From an uncultured delta proteobacterium (GTDB taxonomy: Bacteria > Myxococcota_A > Polyangia > Polyangiales > Polyangiaceae), in NCBI GenBank assembly GCA_963841435.1, contig CAWJCS010000006.1:192001-256000 (forward strand): a stretch of 64,000 nt of DNA. The letters run 5' to 3'. Below the pieces are notes generated by a model. The model was not told the DNA's origin, did not search any database, and worked only from the letters and a program-made list of their open reading frames with translations. Positions 19,754 through 30,692 of this stretch are shown in pieces. How positions within the stretch are numbered: the first letter of the stretch is position 1; each line of letters begins with the position of its first letter. A program made the translations under genes and the position numbers.

Positions 19754-21001
19754 ATGGTCCGTCACTCTCGTTCGCTCGCCTCGGTCGGTGTCTTCGCCCC
19801 TTGCTTCGTGACCGTAGCCGTCGCGACAGCATGCGCGTCCAACTCGCCCACTGACCCAGTCTTCGACTTTGGGAGCGGCGGAGCCTCGACGGCCGGACTC
19901 GGCGGCACGAGTGGGGCCGGTCAAGCTGGCTCGGGCGGCACGCTGGGCGGCTCGACGGCAAGCGGCGGCAACGCGGGCTCGGCTGCCTCCGGCGCGGGCG
20001 GCGCCACCGGCGGCGGCGGAAATGTCGGCGGTAGCTCTGGCACGACCGGCGGGCTCGGCGGAGCGGGCGTCACCGGGGGCGCGGGCAACATGGGCGGCTC
20101 TGCGGGCACCAGCGGTACGGGCGCGGCGGGCTCGGGCGGCGTGGCGGGCTCGGCCGGCGCGGCAGGCTCGGGCGCGGGCGGCGTGGCGGGCTCGGCCGGC
20201 GCGGCAGGCTCGGGTGGTCGAGGGGGCGCGGGCGGCGCGGCGGGCTCGGGTGGTCGAGGCGGCGCGGGTGGCGCGGGCGCCGGAGGAAGCAGTGCGGGGA
20301 CCGGCGGCAGCGGTGGTGCGACCGTCATCGACTGCTCGGCGGCGATGCCGAGCGGCGGAACGGATCACTGCGGACAGAACACTCAAGGCACGGCCGGCGG
20401 CCTCAGCTGGTCGCTCTGGTCCAACAGTCTGAGTGGCAGCGCCTGCATCACCACCTTCAGCACTCCCGCGTTTAGCGCGCGCTTTAGCAACAATAGCGAT
20501 TTCCTCGCCCGCATCGGCCTGGAATTCGGCAATAGCGGGAAGCCACACGGACAGTACGGGACGATCAAGGCAGACTTCAGCTACAAGAAGTCGGGAAGCG
20601 CGGGCGGCTACTCCTATATCGGAGTTTACGGGTGGACCACCAACCCCTGTGTCGAGTGGTACATCGTCGATGATAGGTGGGGCACGATGCCGTTCGATGC
20701 CTACAACGCAAGCCTCAAGGGGACTGCGTCGATGGACGGCGCGAGCTACAAGATATTCCAGAACAAGACCAATGGAACGGGCGGCTCGAGATGCAGCGGC
20801 GTCTCGCAGTGGGATCAGTACTGGAGCATCAGGCAGTCGGCGCGTCAGTGCGGAACGATCACCGTTTCCGATCACTTCACGGCATGGGAAGGCGTGGGGT
20901 TGCAGCTTGGTGGTCTCTTGGAGGCCAAGATTCTCGTAGAAACCGGGGGCGGAACGGGAGACATCGAGTTCCCCGTCGCCAACGTAACGGCGACCCAATA
21001 G
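19754..21001 (+). CDS. GH11 endo-1,4-beta-xylanase, lipoprotein with Gly-rich linker
   Basis: VAVATAC lipobox; YIGVYGWTTNPCVEWYIVD, QYWSIRQ, GTITVSDHF and LVETGG. Confidence 0.9.
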   Translation: MVRHSRSLASVGVFAPCFVTVAVATACASNSPTDPVFDFGSGGASTAGLGGTSGAGQAGSGGTLGGSTASGGNAGSAASGAGGATGGGGNVGGSSGTTGGLGGAGVTGGAGNMGGSAGTSGTGAAGSGGVAGSAGAAGSGAGGVAGSAGAAGSGGRGGAGGAAGSGGRGGAGGAGAGGSSAGTGGSGGATVIDCSAAMPSGGTDHCGQNTQGTAGGLSWSLWSNSLSGSACITTFSTPAFSARFSNNSDFLARIGLEFGNSGKPHGQYGTIKADFSYKKSGSAGGYSYIGVYGWTTNPCVEWYIVDDRWGTMPFDAYNASLKGTASMDGASYKIFQNKTNGTGGSRCSGVSQWDQYWSIRQSARQCGTITVSDHFTAWEGVGLQLGGLLEAKILVETGGGTGDIEFPVANVTATQ

Positions 21002-21079
21002 TTCCTCCGCCTCGGCTTTGCCGAGCCACGCGCTCGGTCTGCACCAGGTCGCCTCGGAGTACCGAGCAGCGGGGTGAGA

Positions 21080-21496
21080 CTACACGCTCGCGACGCGCTT
21101 CATCAGCGTGCCGCACAGCTTGGACTGCGGGTCGCGCTTTCGCTCGAGGTCGAGGCCGGCCCGGAAGGTGGCGCCCGCTTGCGCCTCGTCGCCGAGCACG
21201 ACGTAGCAGATGCCGAGCAGCTCGTGGTCGGCCGGCTCGGCGTGCGCGGCAACGAGCGCCGTCAAGAGCTTGGCAGCCACGCGGCTTGCCTCCTTCATCG
21301 CGTCAGTCGGGGTCGCGGGCGCGCCCTTGGCCAGCACCATGAGCCGAAGCGCCAGCCGCTGGTCCTCCGCGCGGTAGCCCGCGAACTCCGGACTCGCAAA
21401 CAACTCGCGATACCCCTGGTACCCCGCGTCCGCGCCACCCTCCTTCGCACCGGCGATGATTCGCTTGACCGCTTCGCTCAGCACCGCGTTTGCCAT
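21080..21496 (-). CDS. Hypothetical helical (TPR-like) protein
   Basis: 138-aa ORF with typical codon usage and a TPR-like segment, HELLGICYVVLGDEAQAGATFRAGL. Confidence 0.7.
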   Translation of the reverse strand: MANAVLSEAVKRIIAGAKEGGADAGYQGYRELFASPEFAGYRAEDQRLALRLMVLAKGAPATPTDAMKEASRVAAKLLTALVAAHAEPADHELLGICYVVLGDEAQAGATFRAGLDLERKRDPQSKLCGTLMKRVASV

Positions 21497-21645
21497 CGAC
21501 GCATCTTAGCATCATCGGGAGGCGCTCGTTCTGACTTGGGGCGTGCTCTCGAGCTACTCCCGCTCCCAAGAAAGAGCGCTGCCGGCCGGGCACCAGCGCT
21601 GGGCTCGGCTGCTCAGTCGCTAGTTCTCTAGGAATCTTTGGTCCT

Positions 21646-21861
21646 ATGAATCCAGGCAGGTCACCATCAGCGAAACGCCTCACCATCACCATCACCATCA
21701 CCGGCTCCGTGACCCCCGGCATGCTCTACTCGCTCGATCCGACGACGGACATCTGCACGGCGGTGGATCCCGTGAGCCTCTCGAACCGGACACTGCTGGA
21801 GCTCGGCGACCCCTTTGATCCGGAGGAGCTCGTCCGGGCCGAGCGCGTCATGCGCGACTAG
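21646..21861 (+). pseudogene. Probable C-terminal gene fragment
   Basis: Protein-like tail (LYSLDPTTDICTAVD...LGDPFDPEELVR) preceded by a caccat microsatellite; no convincing start. Confidence 0.3.
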
Positions 21862-21990
21862 CTCGCGCTCGACGCCGAGCTGCCGGCTCTGGGTGGAAGC
21901 GCTGGGCGTGGCTGCTCAGGCACGTGTTTGCCCTGCCGAGGGCCACACGAAAGCTGATGGGCGCTTCGCGGGTCGGTGAGCGCCGGCGCT

Positions 21991-22509
21991 TCAGCCGCGC
22001 ACCTCGTAGTGCATCCGCACCGTTCCCTCGCCGACCTTCGCCACCTCCCTGAGCACGAGCTTCTGCTCGAACGCCCCACCTTCCGTGATGAGCGGCAGCC
22101 CCCCTCCGAACAGCACCGGCTCGACCACGAGGCGGAGGTCTGTCACGAGCCCAGCCCTCGAGAACTCGCTGACCGTCATCGCCCCGCCGACGATCACGGC
22201 CTCGGCATGCCCCCGCTCCTGGAGAAGGCCGACGACGCCTTCGGGTTTTTCGTCGGTGAAGACCACGGTCGGGTTCGGGGAGCTGAGGTCGGTGCGTGAG
22301 GTGAGCACGATCGTGGTGCCGCTGTCTTTCAGCGGAAGATTTTGGGGCGAAAGGATGTCGTAGGTCCGCCGGCCCATGATCACGGCTTGCGTTCGGGCGC
22401 AGATTGCTGCGAAGCCTTCACCGAATTGCGGGGAGAGCCAGTCGGGGGCTCCTTGCGGGCTCGAGATCATGCCGTTGGCCGATAGCGCCATGTAGATGCT
22501 GATTTTCAT
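21991..22509 (-). CDS. Dihydrofolate reductase / RibD C-terminal family protein
   Basis: MALSANGMI, IMGRRTY, IVGGA and EPVLFGGG. Confidence 0.9.
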   Translation of the reverse strand: MKISIYMALSANGMISSPQGAPDWLSPQFGEGFAAICARTQAVIMGRRTYDILSPQNLPLKDSGTTIVLTSRTDLSSPNPTVVFTDEKPEGVVGLLQERGHAEAVIVGGAMTVSEFSRAGLVTDLRLVVEPVLFGGGLPLITEGGAFEQKLVLREVAKVGEGTVRMHYEVRG

Positions 22510-22619
22510 GTGTTCACCGCCTTGGGTCGCGCGAAGGGCGGCCACGGCCGCACTTCAGCGTGGTTCGGGTGCGACTAGCTTTGGGGATGCGGCCCAGGCC
22601 GCCAGTACCAAAGGCGGAG

Positions 22620-23657
22620 TCATGACGACGCTTTCGGGAGCTCTCGAACGGGGTAGCGTGCGTCCGCGTGGCTCTCGCCGCTGCGAATGCTCTGGCGGAA
22701 GCTCGCGGGTGAGGTTCCGTAGGCGCGGCGGAAGGCGGTACTGAAGTGGTTCGGATAGGCATAGCCGACGGCGGCGGCAATCTGTTTGACGGAGTCTTCG
22801 GTGTCACGGAGGAGGCGGCACGCTTCCGCAAGGCGCGCGACGAGGAGGTAGGCGTGGACCGGGCGGCCGAAGACGGCTTTGAAGTCGCGCTTGAGGCTGA
22901 ATTCGTTGATACCGACCGCGTGCGCGACCTCGGTGAGCGTGGGTGGCCTCGAGACCCGCGCGAGGAGGAGCTCCCGTGCCGCGTGCATCCGCTCGATCTG
23001 ACGGCTGTGCGGGTGCGCGCCGGGCGGGTCGGGGTGCTCGCAAAGCGAGAGGGCAAGCCACTCGAGCGCACGCGACTCGAGGAACAGGGGCTGGAGGGCG
23101 CCGTAGTGCGAGCTGTTCATCAGCTCAGCGATCTGGTCGATGAGGCGCCTCAATGGGAGCGCCGTGTATGGCTCGCCGCAGAACGCTGTGCCGGTCGCCA
23201 CGTGCGACGCGAGCTTTTCGAGCTCGGGATGGCGCGCCGCCAGGTCCGTGATCATGGAGGGGGCGAAAACGATGCGGAAGGCTTCGTTTTCCACGTCGGC
23301 TTGCAGGCGCACCGTGGAGCGGGACCGCGGCGCCGCGAACACCTGGAGCTCTCCGACGCGGTCGCCGAACCCCGCTTCCAGGCCTTCGATCGAGAAGGTG
23401 CCGGGGCCGCGTAGCGACGTGTGGACCGCAGTGATGGGAGCCGCTCCGTCGTGGCGCAGCAATAGATCCTCTCGCGCCTGGTTTTCGCCGTGGATGAACA
23501 GGAGCGCGCCGGAGATCAGCTGCCGCGAACGCGCTCGGAGGAGCGGGCTGTCGAGAGCCAGCCATTCTTCTCGCACGCCACCGGGGAGGGTGCGGCTCGC
23601 CCGTCGCGCCCCCGCGAAGAGCTCCTCGAACGTCGTCGCTCCCGATGCCGTAGGCAT
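22620..23657 (-). CDS. AraC family transcriptional regulator (PchR-like)
   Basis: C-terminal double HTH: VGINEFSLKRDFKAVFG and VGYAYPNHFSTAFRRAYGTSP. Confidence 0.92.
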   Translation of the reverse strand: MPTASGATTFEELFAGARRASRTLPGGVREEWLALDSPLLRARSRQLISGALLFIHGENQAREDLLLRHDGAAPITAVHTSLRGPGTFSIEGLEAGFGDRVGELQVFAAPRSRSTVRLQADVENEAFRIVFAPSMITDLAARHPELEKLASHVATGTAFCGEPYTALPLRRLIDQIAELMNSSHYGALQPLFLESRALEWLALSLCEHPDPPGAHPHSRQIERMHAARELLLARVSRPPTLTEVAHAVGINEFSLKRDFKAVFGRPVHAYLLVARLAEACRLLRDTEDSVKQIAAAVGYAYPNHFSTAFRRAYGTSPASFRQSIRSGESHADARYPVRELPKASS

Positions 23658-23803
23658 TGCTCCCAGAAGCGTACTGGCCAGCCTCGAACTGGGCACTACC
23701 TTACTGACAGGCGAGTGAGATTGCTCGCGGCAGCCGGTTGCGCGCGACAAGACTGCCCCGTCGCCCGCCGGCCGAGCGTGCTCTCGCCACCAGCGAGGCA
23801 AAA

Positions 23804-24790
23804 ATGCAGAGCGGCCACCGGATCGAACATCATCACATCGAGCTCGAGGGGATCCGCTGCCACTACGCGCTCGCGGGGTCGGGCCCGCTCGTCGTGCTGG
23901 TGCACGGCTTTCCGGAGCTCTGGTATTCCTGGCGCGAGCAGCTGTCCGCGCTCGCCGCGGCTGGGTTCCGGGCGGTCGCACCCGATCTACGCGGGTTCGG
24001 GGAGAGCTCCGTGCCCGAGCGCGTGGAGGACTACAGTTTGCTCGAGCACGGGGCGGACATCCAGGGGCTCATCGCGGCGCTCGGGGAGCAGCGGGCCGTG
24101 CTCGTGGGGCACGATTGGGGAGCGAATCTCGTCTGGCTGATGGCACTCCGCTATCCGCAGCTGGTGCGCGCCGTGGTCGCGCTGAGCGTCCCGTTTTATC
24201 CCGAGCCGCGCGACCCGAGCGCCATCAAGGCGTTCGCGTCGGGTCACTTCAACTTCATGCAGTACTTTCAGCGGCCGGGCGCGGTCGAGGCCGAGTTCGA
24301 GCGGGATCCGCGCGGGTTCCTGCGCAGGTTTTTCTACGGTCTATCGGGAGATGCTCCGCGGGGCACCGTCGAGCACCTCTTCCAGGAAAAGCCCGCGAAC
24401 GCGACGCTCATGGACGGGTTTCCCGCGCCACCCGCCGAGCTGCCATGGCTCCGCGAACGCGATCTGGATCGCTACGTCTCGGCATTCGAGCGGACTGGCC
24501 TCTCGGGTGCGCTCGGATTCTACCGGAATCTCGAGCGCGACTACCCGGCGCTCAAGGAGATCTATCGGCATCGGCTCGAGCAGCCGGTGCTCTTCCTCGG
24601 CGGTGCCGAGGAGCCCACCCTGCGGTTCGGTAGCCTCGACCCGATGCGGCGGTCGTTGCCGAACCTCCGGCAAGCGATCGTGCTTCCGGGTTGCGGGCAC
24701 TGGGTCCAGCAGGAGCGCGCCGCCGCCGTCAACGAAGCATTGGTCGCTTTCTTGAAGGACGAAGTCGAGGGGACGAGGAGATCATCATGA
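23804..24790 (+). CDS. Alpha/beta hydrolase, epoxide hydrolase-like
   Basis: HGFPELWYSW, GHDWGA nucleophile and GCGHWVQQE. Confidence 0.93.
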   Translation: MQSGHRIEHHHIELEGIRCHYALAGSGPLVVLVHGFPELWYSWREQLSALAAAGFRAVAPDLRGFGESSVPERVEDYSLLEHGADIQGLIAALGEQRAVLVGHDWGANLVWLMALRYPQLVRAVVALSVPFYPEPRDPSAIKAFASGHFNFMQYFQRPGAVEAEFERDPRGFLRRFFYGLSGDAPRGTVEHLFQEKPANATLMDGFPAPPAELPWLRERDLDRYVSAFERTGLSGALGFYRNLERDYPALKEIYRHRLEQPVLFLGGAEEPTLRFGSLDPMRRSLPNLRQAIVLPGCGHWVQQERAAAVNEALVAFLKDEVEGTRRSS

Positions 24791-25485
24791 AGGGCGCCTA
24801 TCGAATGTTTCCGCTCGGGCTCCGGCTCAGCCATCTCGCGTTGGTACGAAACGCGCGCACGTTCTCGAAGATCGAGGACGGCGCCGGGGATTCCGTGCTT
24901 GCCGGCGATGAGACGAAACGTGCGATATCGCGAAAGCGCGTCGCCGATTACGTCGCCTGGTACGCCGACTTCCTCGACGTGCACCACCGCGGCGAGGACG
25001 AGCACATCTTCCCGGCGCTTCGCCGCGCCTCCGAGGGCCGCTCCACGGACATCGCGCACCTCGACCGCTGGGTGATCGAGCACCGCGACATTTACCGGCT
25101 CGGCTCCGAGCTGCGGCAGGCGGCGCGGCAGCTCGGCGAGGGGTCGATGGGCGCGCTCCGCGTCCTGCGCGATCGGTCGGCGGAGCTCGCGGCGCTGCTC
25201 GCGCCGCACCTCGCCGCCGAAGAAGAGGTGCTCACGCCCGAGCACTTGCCGGAGATGATCTCGGAGCACGAGCTCGAGCGAGCCGAGCTCGCAATCCCGC
25301 GCGCGCAAGGCGCCGGGGCCCTGCGGAGCGCGACGTTCCTCGTCCACTCGCTCGAGCCGGTCGAGCAGCGCGAGCTACTCGGCGAGACGCCCTGGGTGTT
25401 CCGCAAGGTGGTCTTGAGTTGGCTCGGGAAGCCGACGGTCTGGCGGTATCGTGCGCTGATGCCGTCGCCGGACGTCGCGCTCTGA
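24787..25485 (+). CDS. Hemerythrin-like (HHE) domain protein
   Basis: HHRGEDEHIFP, EHRDI and HLAAEEEV; ATGA overlap. Confidence 0.85.
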   Translation: MKGAYRMFPLGLRLSHLALVRNARTFSKIEDGAGDSVLAGDETKRAISRKRVADYVAWYADFLDVHHRGEDEHIFPALRRASEGRSTDIAHLDRWVIEHRDIYRLGSELRQAARQLGEGSMGALRVLRDRSAELAALLAPHLAAEEEVLTPEHLPEMISEHELERAELAIPRAQGAGALRSATFLVHSLEPVEQRELLGETPWVFRKVVLSWLGKPTVWRYRALMPSPDVAL

Positions 25486-25519
25486 CGCGCCGGTCTCCGC
25501 GGCGGGTCGTGCTGCCGGC

Positions 25520-25902
25520 ATGGGCGGTTCGCCGGAGTCTCGGCGAAAGATCACCGTGGGAATAGAAGTATCCCTCGATGGCGCCTGGGTGGAGATAGGG
25601 CCGCATTTTGGAAAAACGTCTTTCAGTTCCACAGCGCGGACGTAAAAGAGTAGCTGAACGACCTTTTGTTTATGCCCGACGCGCTGCTGAGGGGGCGGAA
25701 GACCTACGAGGTCTTCGCCCAGGTCTGGCCGGCGAGCGTGGAACGCCACGCTCATCGCGGGCGACGTTGTCGAGGCGATCGGGAAGGTCAAGCAAGAGAA
25801 GGGCCGCGCCTCTTCGAGCACCGGGGCGTCCGGACCCTGAAACTGCTCGGCGCCCAGACGTTCGACTCGGGCGTCGTCGTCCTGCACTATCAGCCTCGAT
25901 GA
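25520..25902 (+). pseudogene. Decayed DHFR/RibD-C family gene
   Basis: RKITVGIEVSLDG, DALLRGRKTYEVFAQVWP and FDSGVVVLHYQP, spread over frames with internal deletions. Confidence 0.75.
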
Positions 25903-26014
25903 CGTGAGGGCCCGGGGGCTGGGCAAGCGCCCCCGTCCGCGACATGTCGCAGAAGGCCGCGCCACACCGCCGCCACGCCGAAGGATAAACTGGCGCGCCA
26001 GACGCCCCAAAACC

Positions 26015-26030
26015 GGGCACGTTTCCTGCA
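26015..26030 (+). promoter_or_regulatory. Putative sigma54 (-24/-12) promoter
   Basis: GGGCACGTTTCCTGCA fits GG-N10-GC, directly upstream of the hybrid kinase. Confidence 0.5.
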
Positions 26031-26042
26031 CCGATTGCGCGC

Positions 26043-29000
26043 ATGCACGTTCGCCCCGCGCGGGCAGCCGAGGCGGCGTCGGGTACCGAGCTGCCTCTAG
26101 TGACTGTTCTGGAGGTTTTGCGCGCCGTGCGCGGAGGTGACTTCTCGGCGAGCATGCCCAAGGGGTTAGCTGGGGCAGCAGGCGACGTGGCGGAAGAGCT
26201 AAACGAGATCATTCGCCTCAACCGGGCCCTCGCCGAAGAGCTTTCGCGTGTCAGCGTGGTGGTCGGGCGCGAGGGCAAGCTCAAGCAGCGCGCCACCCTG
26301 AGCGACGCGCAGGGGGGATGGAAGGAGTGCCTCGAGTCGGTCAACACCGTGATCGACGACCTGGTGCGGCCCTCTCACGAGGTCGGGCGCGTGATCCGCG
26401 CGGTCGCCGATGGTGATCTTTCCCAGACCATGGCGCTTGAGGTCGACGGGCGCAGGCTCAGGGGCGAGTACCTGCGGACCGCCCGAGTCGTCAACGGCAT
26501 GGTGGAGCAGCTTGCCTCGTTCGCAAGCGAGGTGACGCGCGTTGCGCGTGAGGTCGGCACCGAGGGCAAGCTCGGCGGCCAGGCGCGCGTGCGCGGCGTC
26601 GCGGGAACGTGGCGCGACCTCACCGAGGGCGTGAACCTGATGGCCGGAAACCTGACGGCGCAGGTGCGGCGCATCGCCGAGGTGACGACCGCCGTCGCCA
26701 ACGGCGACCTCTCCAAGAAGATCACCGTCAACGCGCGCGGGGAGATCCTCGAGCTCAAGAACACCATCAACACCATGGTGGACCAGCTGAACTCGTTCGC
26801 GAGCGAGGTCACGCGCGTGGCGCGCGAGGTCGGCACCGAGGGCAAGCTCGGCGGCCAGGCGCGCGTGCGCGGCGTCGCGGGGACGTGGAAGGACCTCACC
26901 GATAGCGTCAACTCGATGGCGAGCAACCTGACGGCCCAGGTGCGCAACATCGCCGAGGTGACGACCGCGATCGCGCGCGGTGACTTGTCGAAGAAGATCA
27001 CGGTTAACGTGCGAGGTGAGATTTGGGAGCTCAAGGACACCATCAACACGATGGTCAACCAGCTGAACGCCTTCGCGAGCGAGGTCACGCGCGTCGCTCG
27101 CGAGGTCGGCACCGAAGGCAACCTCGGCGGTCAGGCGCGCGTCCCGGGCGTCGCGGGCACGTGGAAAGACCTCACCGACGGCGTGAACTCGATGGCGAGC
27201 AACCTCACGGCCCAGGTGCGCAACATCGCCGAGGTGACGACGGCCGTGGCGCGCGGCGACCTGTCCAAGCAGATCAGCGTCAACGTGAAGGGGGAGATTG
27301 CCGAGCTGAAGAACACCGTCAATACGATGGTCGACCAGCTGAACGCCTTCGCGAGCGAGGTCACGCGCGTGGCGCGCGAGGTTGGCACCGAGGGCAAGCT
27401 CGGCGGCCAGGCGCGCGTGCCTGGCGTCGCGGGCACGTGGATGGATCTCACCGACAACGTCAACTCGATGGCGACCAACCTCACCAACCAGGTGCGCGGA
27501 ATCGCGAAGGTGGTGACCGCCGTGGCCGGCGGCGACTTGACGCTCAAGCTGGCTCTCGAAGCGCGCGGGGAAATTGCCGAGCTCGCCGAGACAATCAACG
27601 GCATGACGAACACGCTCGCGATCTTTGCGCAACAGGTGCTCACCGTGGCGCGCGAGGTCGGCGTCGAGGGCAAGCTCGGCGGCCAGGCCAAGGTGCCGGG
27701 CGTGGCCGGGACCTGGCGCGACTTGACCGACAACGTCAACGAGCTCGCCGCGAACCTGACGACGCAGGTGCGCGCCATCGGCGACGTCGCGACGGCCGTG
27801 ACGAAGGGGGACCTCACCCAGTACATCACCGTCGAAGCATCGGGCGAGGTTGCGGCGCTCAAGGATCACATCAACGAGATGATCCGCAATCTGAAGGACA
27901 CCACCCAAAAGGCCAAGGAGCAAGACTGGCTCAAGACCAACCTCGCGCGCTTCACGCGCATGCTGCAGGGCCAACGCGACCTCGTGACCGTCGCCGAGCA
28001 GATGCTGTCGGAGCTTGCGCCGCTCGTTGCGGCCCAGCACGGCCTCGTGTACATGAGGCAGCAAGGTGACGCCGAGGTGCGGCTCAACTTGGTCGCGAGC
28101 TACGCCGCGTCGAGCCATACGGTGAAGAGCTTTCGGCTCGGCGAGGGGCTCGTGGGCCAGTGCGCGCGCGACAAGCGCAAGATCGTCCTCTCACCGGTGC
28201 CCTCGACTTACGGGCCGATCCATTCGGGTCTCGGACCGGTCACGCCGGGCAAACTCGTGATCCTACCGGTGCTTTTCGAGGGGCAGGTGAACGCCGTGAT
28301 CGAGCTCGCGTGCAACGAGCCGCTCAGCGAGATCCATGAGGTGTTCTTGGGCCAACTCACCGAATCGCTCGGTATCGTCGTGAACACCATCGCCGCCAGC
28401 ATGAGAACGGAGGCGCTGCTCCAGCAATCGCAGTCGCTGACGCAGGAGCTGCAGACGCAACAAGAGGAGCTCCGGCAGACCAACGAGCGTCTGGAGCATC
28501 AGGCCGCCACGCTGACGGAGAGCCAGGAACAGCTCGAGGCACAACAGGAACAATTGCGCCGGACGAACGAGCAGCTCGAGGAAAAAGCCAAGCTGCTCGA
28601 GCTGAAGAACGGCGAGGTCGAGCTCGCCAAGGCGGAGCTCGAGGACAAGGCCGCGCAGCTAGCACTGACATCGAAGTACAAGTCCGAGTTCCTCGCGAAC
28701 ATGTCGCACGAGCTTCGCACACCGCTCAACAGCCTGTTGATTCTCTCCAAGATGCTCGCCGACAACCTCGAGGGCAACCTGACGCGAAACCAGGTCGATT
28801 TCGCGCACACCATCGTGTCGGCGGGAACGGACTTGCTCGCGCTCATCAACGATATCCTCGACCTCTCGAAGATCGAGTCCGGGACGATTGCCGTCGATCT
28901 GGCGGAAGTCCACCTCGCTGACCTCGGCGAGTACCTCGCGCAGAGCTTCCGACACGTCGCTTCGCAAAAGGGCCTCGAGTTTCGCGTCGAGATGCGCGCT

Positions 29001-30680
29001 GGGGCACCGGAAACGATCGTGACCGATGCCAAGCGCCTCGAGCGGGTATTGAAGAACCTGCTGTCCAACGCATTCAAGTTCACCGAGCAGGGGCGCGTGA
29101 CGCTGGAGATGGGGCTCGCCACATACGGCTGGCGCCGCGACCACCTCAATCTCAATCAGGCCGAGGCAGTCATCGCGTTCAGCGTCGTGGACACCGGCAT
29201 CGGCATCGCCGAGGAAAAGCAGAGCATCATCTTCGAGGCCTTCCAGCAGGCCGACGGCACGACGAATCGGCGCTACGGAGGAACGGGGCTCGGACTTTCG
29301 ATCAGCCGCGAGGTGGCGGCGCTTCTCGGCGGCGAGATCGGCGTCGTGAGCGTGCCGGGCATGGGCAGCACCTTCACGTTCTACGTGCCGCGCTCCTACC
29401 AACCGCCCGAGGATCCCTGGCACGTGCCCACGACGCCGCACCACGTCAACGCGGTCCCGCACGGCGGCGGGCCGTCGGCGACGGCTCCCGTCACGGCCGG
29501 TGACGTAGCCGCACCACGCGTTGCGGGCGAATCGCTCGTCCTCGTGGTCGACCGCGATCCGGCATCGGCGCGCGTCATCGGAGACGCCGCGCTCGCGCGC
29601 GGGCTAAAGACGCTGGTGGTCGAAACCGGCGACGAGGCGCTGCGGCTGGGGCGGCGATTGGAACCGAAGAGCATCGTGCTCAGGCTCGAGCTGCCAGACC
29701 TCGACGGGCGCTCGGTCCTCGCTCTGCTCACGGGCGAGCCCGCGACCTCACACACGCCGGTAGCCGCCGTGACGGCAAACGGTCTCGGCGTTAACGCGAT
29801 CCGGCTCGGCGCCGTGGATTGGATCAGTGACCCCGTCCACAGGCCCGCCGCCGACGCGCTGATCGACGCGGCTCTCGAGGCTGCAACGCCGCGCGAGCGC
29901 CGCGTGCTCGTCGTGGAACGCGACGAACGGATGAGACGCGACCTGGTCGACGTCTTGCGGGCTCCCGAGGTCGCCGTGGATGGCGTCGGCGACGGGGGCG
30001 AGGCTCTGGCGGCGCTCGAATCCGATCGCTACGATTGCGTGCTCGCCGCGTTCGGGGTCAACGGGCTCTCGGCGCTGCTCGCCGGGGCGGGCAAGAACCG
30101 TCCGCCGTTCGTGGTTCACTCGCCCCGCCGCCTCGGTCGGGACGAGCGTGCGGCACTGCAGGGCATCTCGCCCCGCGTGATCGTCCGTGACCTCGTTGGG
30201 CCGGGTGCCCTCCTGCTCGAAACGTGTGTTCGGCTGCACCGCCGCGCCAAGGCGCTCACCGAGCACCAGAGATCCCTGCTCGACCAAGTCGCCCGCACGC
30301 CCAAGCTCCCCGACACCAAGATCCTCGTCGTCGACGACGACGTTCGCAACATCTTCGCCATCACGAGCGCCCTCGAGCAGGAGCGAGCCAGCGTCTCGTG
30401 CGCGGAGAACGGGCGTGACGCACTGGAGCTACTCGACCGCAACCCTTCCGTCGATGCAGTGCTGATGGACATCATGATGCCGGATCTCGATGGGTACGAG
30501 ATCATTCGCCGCATTCGCGCCGACGGGCGCTTCGACAGCTTGCCGATCGTGGCCGTCACGGCGAAAGCCATGCAGTCCGACAGGGACAAGTGCATCGAGG
30601 CCGGCGCTACGGACTATATTTCCAAGCCAGTCGACATGCAGCGGCTGCTCGCTTCCCTGCGCGTCCACTTGCGCCCCTGA
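26043..30680 (+). CDS. Cytoplasmic poly-HAMP, GAF hybrid histidine kinase with three receiver-like domains
   Basis: About six 92-aa repeats ([12 protein letters not shown]), GAF, coiled coil, [37 protein letters not shown] and a terminal REC with LMDIMMP. Confidence 0.95.
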   Translation: MHVRPARAAEAASGTELPLVTVLEVLRAVRGGDFSASMPKGLAGAAGDVAEELNEIIRLNRALAEELSRVSVVVGREGKLKQRATLSDAQGGWKECLESVNTVIDDLVRPSHEVGRVIRAVADGDLSQTMALEVDGRRLRGEYLRTARVVNGMVEQLASFASEVTRVAREVGTEGKLGGQARVRGVAGTWRDLTEGVNLMAGNLTAQVRRIAEVTTAVANGDLSKKITVNARGEILELKNTINTMVDQLNSFASEVTRVAREVGTEGKLGGQARVRGVAGTWKDLTDSVNSMASNLTAQVRNIAEVTTAIARGDLSKKITVNVRGEIWELKDTINTMVNQLNAFASEVTRVAREVGTEGNLGGQARVPGVAGTWKDLTDGVNSMASNLTAQVRNIAEVTTAVARGDLSKQISVNVKGEIAELKNTVNTMVDQLNAFASEVTRVAREVGTEGKLGGQARVPGVAGTWMDLTDNVNSMATNLTNQVRGIAKVVTAVAGGDLTLKLALEARGEIAELAETINGMTNTLAIFAQQVLTVAREVGVEGKLGGQAKVPGVAGTWRDLTDNVNELAANLTTQVRAIGDVATAVTKGDLTQYITVEASGEVAALKDHINEMIRNLKDTTQKAKEQDWLKTNLARFTRMLQGQRDLVTVAEQMLSELAPLVAAQHGLVYMRQQGDAEVRLNLVASYAASSHTVKSFRLGEGLVGQCARDKRKIVLSPVPSTYGPIHSGLGPVTPGKLVILPVLFEGQVNAVIELACNEPLSEIHEVFLGQLTESLGIVVNTIAASMRTEALLQQSQSLTQELQTQQEELRQTNERLEHQAATLTESQEQLEAQQEQLRRTNEQLEEKAKLLELKNGEVELAKAELEDKAAQLALTSKYKSEFLANMSHELRTPLNSLLILSKMLADNLEGNLTRNQVDFAHTIVSAGTDLLALINDILDLSKIESGTIAVDLAEVHLADLGEYLAQSFRHVASQKGLEFRVEMRAGAPETIVTDAKRLERVLKNLLSNAFKFTEQGRVTLEMGLATYGWRRDHLNLNQAEAVIAFSVVDTGIGIAEEKQSIIFEAFQQADGTTNRRYGGTGLGLSISREVAALLGGEIGVVSVPGMGSTFTFYVPRSYQPPEDPWHVPTTPHHVNAVPHGGGPSATAPVTAGDVAAPRVAGESLVLVVDRDPASARVIGDAALARGLKTLVVETGDEALRLGRRLEPKSIVLRLELPDLDGRSVLALLTGEPATSHTPVAAVTANGLGVNAIRLGAVDWISDPVHRPAADALIDAALEAATPRERRVLVVERDERMRRDLVDVLRAPEVAVDGVGDGGEALAALESDRYDCVLAAFGVNGLSALLAGAGKNRPPFVVHSPRRLGRDERAALQGISPRVIVRDLVGPGALLLETCVRLHRRAKALTEHQRSLLDQVARTPKLPDTKILVVDDDVRNIFAITSALEQERASVSCAENGRDALELLDRNPSVDAVLMDIMMPDLDGYEIIRRIRADGRFDSLPIVAVTAKAMQSDRDKCIEAGATDYISKPVDMQRLLASLRVHLRP

Positions 30681-30692
30681 GGCGACACGCCC

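Noticed and set aside
21681-21702. Poly-His tag suggesting engineered DNA
   Set aside because: It is a short caccat microsatellite read as TITITIT in the only plausible ORF, with no vector context.
26500-27900. 276-bp DNA repeats as a mobile or non-coding array
   Set aside because: They are the in-frame HAMP repeats of the hybrid kinase.
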